Positions 42,101 through 51,100 of a stretch of DNA of 64,000 bases are shown piece by piece (the first letter of the stretch is position 1; each line of letters begins with the position of its first letter). The notes beneath the pieces are model-generated. The model saw nothing but the letters and a program-made list of their open reading frames with translations, was not told where the DNA came from and made no database searches. The position numbers and the translations under genes were made by a program. The stretch comes from Iphione sp. A-MEVVRFRX5 (lineage: Eukaryota): NCBI GenBank assembly GCA_976226885.1, contig OZ320319.1, positions 29,326,001 to 29,390,000 of the forward strand, in the 5' to 3' direction.

Positions 42101-45100
42101 AAAAGCACCCGCACACACTCTCTCTCTCTCTCTCTCTCTCTTGCTCAACAATCATGCTGAACGGCTAAGGATCATCTTTTTCCCATAGGCAAGCATCCTT
42201 GCTGCAGAAACAATTTCCATACAGATGGAAAGCACCTTTTCAGACATGTCCAGAAATTTGGCCCATTTTCTGTACACTCACGTTGTATGGAAAAAGTTCC
42301 GTACACATAGAAAGGCGGTCTAAAGGCCATACAATGTGTGACAACCCAGACCCTGATAGAATACAATAGCTTTCAAATATATTATCAAATAAGGTACCAT
42401 TAGATTGCAAATCACTTGCTAAACATTTTCTGAATGAGGTGTTTTCTCTAAACCCAATATTTGTCTTACTTTCATGACTAAATTGATAAATGAATAAAAC
42501 TCTGGTGCAATTGTTTTAAAAATACTGCTGTCCTTAGCCATATCCTGTTGTCGTGGCAACCAAGAAGTGAAACAATAATTTATACTAAAGTAAACTTATA
42601 TTCCTAAGCTTTCTTTTTATATATCATATGATGCCGAGTTTCTTAAAATACTAAGTAGCAGAGGGGAGAAATTGTTTAAGCAGTATTTCAAATGCAAAAA
42701 ACGTGGTTTTGTCTTGTCCATAAGGGGTTTAAATGATAAATTCGTCGACACATATACATCCTTGATATCTGGATGGGAACCGTACATTTTATATGGTGAT
42801 TGGTCTTCGCCCAGTAAAGATTTCGGAGTTGATTTTCAAAACCACTGCAACTGAAAGACATATAACGGCTTTTTTTCTTTACTCTTTCAGGAGCGACTGG
42901 TGGTCGCCTCAGGATGCATCAACGAGTCCGAGTGTCTCTCTCACGGCTGGCAACTAGTTGGGGAGGCGTGCAATGTTTACACTGTCACTCGTTCCGTGCC
43001 CGACGTCTTTTTCCTCTGCTGCTTCCTCTTCATCGGCACCTTCTGCATCGCCTACTTCTTCAGGACCTTCCGCAACTCCACATTCTTTCCATCAATTGTA
43101 AGCCTTTGCTATCTCATTCATAGCATCGACATTTATTCACAACTTACACTTAGATCTAGGACATCTCGTCATCTTTTACGTATTTGGTGCATGGCGCAAA
43201 TTCCCCATGAGAATCTTGATCCCACGCATTGGTCCAAATACTTTTGGCGTGTCCCGGAGGTATAAAATGTCTTTGCGATAAACTTTTATTCAGCAGGAAG
43301 GTTATTACCATTGGACGGCTATCTATATTTTACAGTACAGATAGTCATGTATGGACTAGGTTGTGATCTAATTTTCGTCTATTTCAGATTCGGACTACCC
43401 TCTCAGATTTTGCAGTTCTCATAGCCATCGTGATTTGCACGGGGATAGACTACTACTTGGGCTTGGCAACGCCGAAACTCACCGTGCCCAACATTAATGG
43501 CGGTGTAAGTCAAAGCAGTTGTTTCAATTGAACTGTATCAGACGTTGCCTCAATATAAATAAAAAGCATAAATGATTACGCCCAGTGGGACGTTTGAAAA
43601 TAATATCTAAACGATCAACAAAATCTAAATACGAGATTCAACGATTCAATTCATTACCGAGCCAACAATAACGTCATATAACCAATGATAGAGCCATTCA
43701 ATAAAAATGTTTGATTCCATTGGTCGTAGACTTGAAGATCAATTTATACGCTATTGTGCGACGTCGGATGCTGAAATTAGCTGAAAAGAGCCCTGCTTGT
43801 TGTTGGGGTTTAATCACTCCTCTCCTTACCTGCCTGTTTGCTTTTAATGTCACCAAAGACGTTAACATGATTCTTTCGCTTGGCGATTAGGGTGACAATA
43901 GTTCAACCCCTCACCGATCCTGGGTTGTCAATCCGATGGGTATCAACTACTGGTGGCTTCCTTTTGCCGCAATCTTGCCAGCTTTACTCGCTACCATTCT
44001 CATTTTCTTGGATCAACAAATCACTGCTGTCATTGTTAACCGGAAGGAACATAAGCTGAAGGTAAGTTTTTTTTTCAGGAAACACACAATGGAGGACCCT
44101 TCAGTAACTCATGGGGTAACCACCTGGTTCTTACTTCTTACAGGCACGTATGATTAGACATACGTATACAACGTCTTAGTGTTTTCTATGGGGCTAAATT
44201 GGTTCCATATTTGGAAGTATATGTGACGTTTCTCCAACGATTCGTAACATCATTTCCAAAGTCGTGTATTCGTGAAGTGAGTAATGAATCTTCCTAAATC
44301 AACAGCACTACAGATAGTGTAACTAATTATCCCAAATGGTTGCAGGAATTAGAATCAACCGTAGTCTCTAATATCAGCATGCACGGCTTCTTCGACTGGC
44401 TGTAGTAATATAGGGTAAGAGGGATTTCCAAGAGAAAATGTCATCAGTTGACATTCTCCCATACTGAAAGCAACCAATGTCTGGACCCAAGGCATTGAAA
44501 TATGAATAATTGGTTGTAGGGGAACCTGGACTATTTTGGTTCACCTTTTAACATTGTGATGGGAATCATAGAATACTCCTATCACCTTGTCCTACTGGTG
44601 ATTAAAGTGGGTTGTGAATGCATTGCTATTTTCTTCAGAAAGGACATGGGTACCATCTTGATGTATTCGTACTATCCTTCCTGATCTTCATTTGTGCTAT
44701 GATGGGTATACCATGGTTCGTGGCAGCCACCGTGAGGGCTGTGACCCACGTGCGTTCCCTTATTAAAGAGTCTGAACTGCGAGCCCCCGGTGAAAGGCCA
44801 CAGTTCCTCGGAGTTAGGTTGGTATATCTAAACTGCTAAACACCTTGCTGACATGACAGATATACATTATTACCTTTATAATCTTAATCCGATCGAATCG
44901 TAATAATGGCACTACAGTGTTCTCTGTTTGTGAGTGGTGCTGCATGTCATTTACCTTTTTTTGTTGATATTCGTCGTCTCAATTGTTTCACCCACTATTC
45001 CATATATTTTCAGGGAGCAAAGATTGACTGCTCTTTGCATTCATATTCTTATTGGTCTGTCTGTGCTCCTGACCTCTCTTCTCAGTGTAAGTTGTTTTTT

Positions 45101-48100
45101 TCCGAAGTACATTCCGTGAATCATTCAAACGTTTCATTCTCGCCTTTCACCAGCTGATATATCTATACATTTGAGAAGAAAAGCATCCCATGAAATAGTG
45201 CACGTAGACAAGCTAATACTACTCGATCTGATTGAAAATGGACGGTGTTAATGTTGCAGTGTATACCTATGGCAGTTCTGTATGGGGTATTCTTCTACAT
45301 GGGAGTGACGTCCCTGACTGGATCACAGGTAACAATACACACCTTTAGTATTGCAATCACATGAGGTCCTCAAGTAGCCCCATTGATAAAATGATAAGTC
45401 GTTTTCATTCCAAATGAAACTCGTGTTTAGGCAATTTAAATTTATTTTAACACATAAAACGCATGAAATACTTGATATTATAGGTTGCACATTAAGCAAA
45501 ATGTTAAGACGAATACAAAATATCACCAAAATGTCCTTTTCTTATTGGGCAGTAGTAAATCTGGCTCATGTTTTTTACAGTTTGTGCAGCGGGTGTTGAT
45601 CATCTTCATGCCTGGCAAGTACCAGCCTGACTACATATATCTGCGACATGTCGCGATCCACAAGGTTCACCTTTTCACAGCCATACAGATTTCATGCATG
45701 GGCCTGATGTGGTTATTCAAGTCCATCAAGAAGATCGCTCTCCTCTTCCCTCTAATGGTATGTAATCGAGGTGGACTGAGTCTAGTCTATAATATACGTG
45801 CACTGAAGACATTTTCAAAAGGATGCGCACAAACGTACCAACTAAGGCCTAAAAAAGTTCTGTGTTGCCGATGACATGTTGAAAATATGCAAGGTTGGTC
45901 GGAAGGTGGTATTTCTTTTTATTTAATTTTTTCAATGTAAATTCATAGAGATAGCAACAAATTTAAATGGTAAGATCACTTTCCTTGGATGTTAATAAAA
46001 TCGATATCATATGAAAGCTAGTGATCTTAGGAGTACAATGGTGTGGCAACGTTACATTGTTTGCTGGGTATAGCATATGTCCCTGTCATTATTCTGTCCG
46101 GAGATTTACAAAACAAGAAAAAATAAAATGTTTCATTGACACCAAATTATGGGTCGGGCAGGTTACCGGAAACAAAGATATTTTTAATTAGCCCTAAATA
46201 ATCGAGCATCTTTGACATTCTCACATGGTCACGTAACATTATATTCGATACTGTTTCTAGAATTGAGAATTCTAGAATTCCTAGATTTAGTTGATTTCCT
46301 CCAGATCCTTGCGCTGTGTTTCGTGCGGAAGCTGCTGGACTTCGTCTTCAGCCAGGCGGAGTTATATTGGCTAGATCACGTGCTACCGGACGACACCCGG
46401 CGCAAGAAGGAAGACGGAGAAGTTGATGAAACAGCTGAAGAGCAGGACGAGAGCAGACCTAAGGTGCGTTACGTTCAAACAAAACGCTAAGCTTTGCCAT
46501 AAATGTTCACTTCATTCTACAAAACCGTTCAGCAGCTGATGTCATGGTGGGGCATTTCTGACCTACCCATTTACATTGCCGATTTTACCCTCGGGCCCTG
46601 CCCCCCCCCCTCCTACACACGTTTGTTGAAAATAATGTTGGTTTATAGTAGCAGTGTTATATGTATATGTATACCTTTCAGAATCAAGAATTCAATTTCA
46701 GTTTTAAACCCATGTTTTTAATCACAGTTTAGATTGTGGGACCTTAGGAATCAACACCTTTTCTCCGAAGGATTACTTTTAAAAAAGTCCTCTCATTACG
46801 TTCAATGGTACTTGATATTTGTGAAAATGTAGTTTTTAAACGTCAAACTAAAATATGAGGTCTACAACAAATCTTTATTGCTCGTGGCTATACTCTGGCA
46901 CTAGTTTCATCATTACACATATTTGACTATGTATATGTAGAATCTTATTTGTTACTCATTTCTGTAATATTTCTTTCCTCTCTGTTCCTTGAATATCTTG
47001 CAAGGTACGATAGGGTAAACCCTATAGGGGACGAGGATTGAATTGAATCGAATAATAGTTTATTGAATATGCATGTCTAAAAATGATGTCAGTTTTTCAA
47101 TTGGTCTCTTTCTTCACAAAAGAGAGAACACTACTGACCTTTACCTGCATATGGTCACCACAGCAATATGGACTCATATTACTGAAATCAAATGGCATTG
47201 TGCTGGTGATTCCCGCATCTTCCACTTGTAGAAAACCAGTCTTTGATCACAGGGCTCTAGCCCTTCTTTACAAATTTGTACGGCATCAGAAAGTCTGTGA
47301 CTGACATCAATTGTTTTCAGACATAATAGTCGATATTTTGCTACTATCTAATTGCGTTATTTTTTTATCTTTGAAGTATCTAGCACAAAAAAATCGTGCA
47401 GTCACTTTCAGCTCATTCTAAGAACAATTGAGCAAGGGAGGCCATATTTTACTCACCCAGTACAAAAACTCATTTCTCTTTACAAATATCAGCCCAATGA
47501 GCAAATCCCCACAACAAAAAGCTGGTGGTGTAGACATTTGACTGGGTAAATTACCACTTTCTTCCCATGGTGATCGCAATAATGCATGACATTGTGGTAG
47601 TATCGACCTTTGTTCCGTCTATATCCGGGCGCCATCTTGGTAATCAGAACCGGGATTTCCTTCTTACGGTAATCACAGGCCAATTCTCTTTGCGACTATG
47701 AAGACACCATCTTTGATAGATTTGCCCTTTAGCACACATGAGTTCAAAATGAATTTTAGACTGACCTACCCTGGTTTAGGTAACAATTGGGAAAGAGGAT
47801 GAGGACTACGCGAGGTCTGAAAACGTAAGTGGCGTGGACTAACACGGAAAGCATACCCTTTCCTTATTTGAACCTTTTTTTGCAAGGGAATCTTAACTAT
47901 GGAGTGTCAGTATGCAGCATTGTTTAAAAAATGGTTATTTTTTCTTATTTCGGACTGCTATTTTGGTTTGTAACATTAAGGAACTATTGACCACTAAATA
48001 GTGATTTTTATCTAAGGATTATCCATTTACATGGTATGAACATGTTATATTGCTGTTAATATATACGTGTATGCATATTTTGAAGATTTCCTATCTAATC

Positions 48101-51100
48101 CTAGCCACTAAGCATACTTCATAATCTGTAACATACGTTTAAATCTTTTACCAACAGCAAGAAGACAAGATTGACGTATGTCCCAGTACCTGTATCAGCA
48201 AATAGATATGAAAATATTTTATTCACACAGAAGTCCTTTTCTCAGTGGTTTGCCAGATGTTGTTTGGAATACTTTCACTAAAATTTAATGACTTAACTAA
48301 GCAATACTTTACCTTACTAACGACCTATTTTCATTTGCATTCCCATGTGTCGGTGGTCCCGCGTGATTTCCTTTTTGAATATTATTTGATGCACATATAA
48401 ATGAATCATGCTGTTCTTGCTGATTCACATAATGTTTCAGTCTGTAATCCAACATTTGCTTCACTGGTAATACAGATTTTACAAATACAGATCTCATACA
48501 TACTACCCAAGCCTATTGCAACAACACGAACCTTTAACAAGTTATATTTTAAGAGTATGACTTATTCAAGCACGCGTAATTCTATTACTTAGTTGATAGC
48601 AACATCTTTCTATCTCTGTACTAGATGTCAACTAAACATAAAGAAGATAAGTTTTTTTCAAGTCAATTAAAGCGATATATGTGTTGGTTAGGATCATTAT
48701 TTCTAGCAATTGCATTTTTCTTCCAATATTACCTTTGTCTTTCCTGTACAACATTAACATCAGGATTATATGTACAGTGCACAGCTAAACTCTTACCTAT
48801 GAATAAAGTAATACAAATGTCCTACTGGACGTCCGAAGATTTCAAATGTGTACACTTGTATCTTTCCTCAACAGCTTCCAGATTGGTGGTTCGGTACTTT
48901 AGTTGATTAATTTTGCCTTTATGTCTTGTTTTTACGAAGCCCACATTCCTTTAATTTATTTTAAACATTGCTTTCATATCTGGGGTCCATGGTAAGCAGT
49001 GCTATGTACAGCATCATCCGTCCCTAAAATGCCGACTAGGGAAACATTGCAGTAAGCATCATACAGAGCTTCCAGTTGATATCGTAACTCGAAATTATCT
49101 TCACCTCTTCCTTCTGCTCTTCTCGCTAACATCTCACGTAGGTTGACGAGGAGTCCGCAGCCGGATTCTTCCCGCTTGAAGTCTCTGGACAAGAGGCCGG
49201 CGATTGGGACCACCTTGTTTATAGCCGCGACTACGCAGCTGGACGTCGCTTTAGGTAGGCCAACTATTCAATCCGCTTATTTCACTTCCCATCGTTACAA
49301 TAGTGATAACGTCGAGGTCTTCCCTCCAACTACGCTATCACAACAACGTTTAGAACGACAATCGTCTATATAAATGTCTGGACAAATTGGCGTGTAATAC
49401 TCGTTGCATGCAACAAACCCATAATGGCAGTCTTTAACATGAAGGAACCTACGTGATTGAAATAGCTATAATACCCCACTTGATTGATTATTCATCTACG
49501 CAAGTCAAAACAGGGTGTTGCCAGTTCACTTCCAATTCTGCTCCAGTAAAACAGATCAGTTCGTATCTAAAATCTTCCGATGACTTAAATCAGATGACGT
49601 TAACGTATCGACAGAGCTGGCTTGCTGCATGGGGCAGATGAGGGTGGGGGCGGGGCAGGTTGTAATTGGCTACATACATACATATTAACATTGTACATAC
49701 ATATATACATGTGCATACACCATATGGAGCACGAAACACGAATTTGAAGGCGAGTACGTGGTAGGCAGCTCGTCAGGGGACCTCATGGCTGCATACGTAA
49801 GGACCGAAAAGGAGCCATGCAAGGTGTACATTTGCAAAAAGGATGCAAGATTCTATCTTTGCTTCCCTGCATTAGTGGCATATTTGTGCTCATATTGAGG
49901 CAAAAAAATCCATGTCAGCCTGTTTTCCGTGCGTGTACTTACTCCAACGACATTGAGAAAAAAAGCAAAATTCAGACAGGAAAGATAGGCAAAGGTAAAC
50001 CATGGCTAAGGCGACTTCCCCATATGTGTCTTTGAGTGTGTATTGTGTCTCTGGTCAAGGGGAATACGGATAGGTGTACTTCATTATACAAATATGCGTC
50101 CTTGACTGCAGAAAATGGCACATGTATGAATGTGTGAAAATGAGTGGATTCTGACCATATTGTGTCCATTGTGTATAAATATCTTTTTATATGAGCGGAA
50201 TGTGGATAAAAGTTCTGTTAATGCAGCAGGGTATACATAAATTGTACACTGTTTGTGCAGATGTCTCTGAACACGTCCATGGATATGGATGGACATGTGC
50301 ACTTATCCCCATTTTAAACGCGGTGCATGTCAAATCCTCAGTATACTTATATATACAGGTATAGGGAAGGTACTCCTGTTGCTACCCACAGAAGCTAAGA
50401 AAGTCGTGAGCACAGGCGGCAAAGGAGTACTTGAAATGCATGCACATGGAAATTGGGCTGCACCAATCCATTCAGGATGAAAGCTGTTTAACATTGAAGA
50501 ATGGGAAGGTAAAAGAATAACTTGGCTGATCACTGTTCTGTGTTAAATCGTATGCATAAAGGGTTTCCCTCATTTCTTGTGCGGCAAGTAAAACCATTTG
50601 TGTCGGCGGAATATGATGTATCTTACAAAAAATAACATATATCGTAAACCATCGTATATATGTGCATGTTTAGATAGGTATGCATTACAAATGATAAACC
50701 TAAATAATTGAAGCTTTTATAAAAAGCCCATTAAGACTCGAAATTGATGAGTTTGAAGTGTGTAGGTTTAATTTCTGTGTATGCATATTGTATGCAGCAT
50801 TTGGTGGTCCTGGAGCACTATGAATAGTCCCGCCATGTCATCATGCTCACGTGTGCACATGTAATGTGTTCATCATGCATCATCTCTGTATATAGCCATA
50901 GTCCCTATGTAAAACACATTCACAGCCATGAAAAAAAACAGTGAATGGTGAAGTTCCCCCATCTGGAAACACACAATATACAGACATTCTGCTATATGTT
51001 ACTCACATGCACGGAAACACTCCTAGTGCTAAGCATAGTTGAAATAAAGACATGCTCTCACAGTCCTAGAAACATGCACACGTGAAAATTAAGGCTAATT

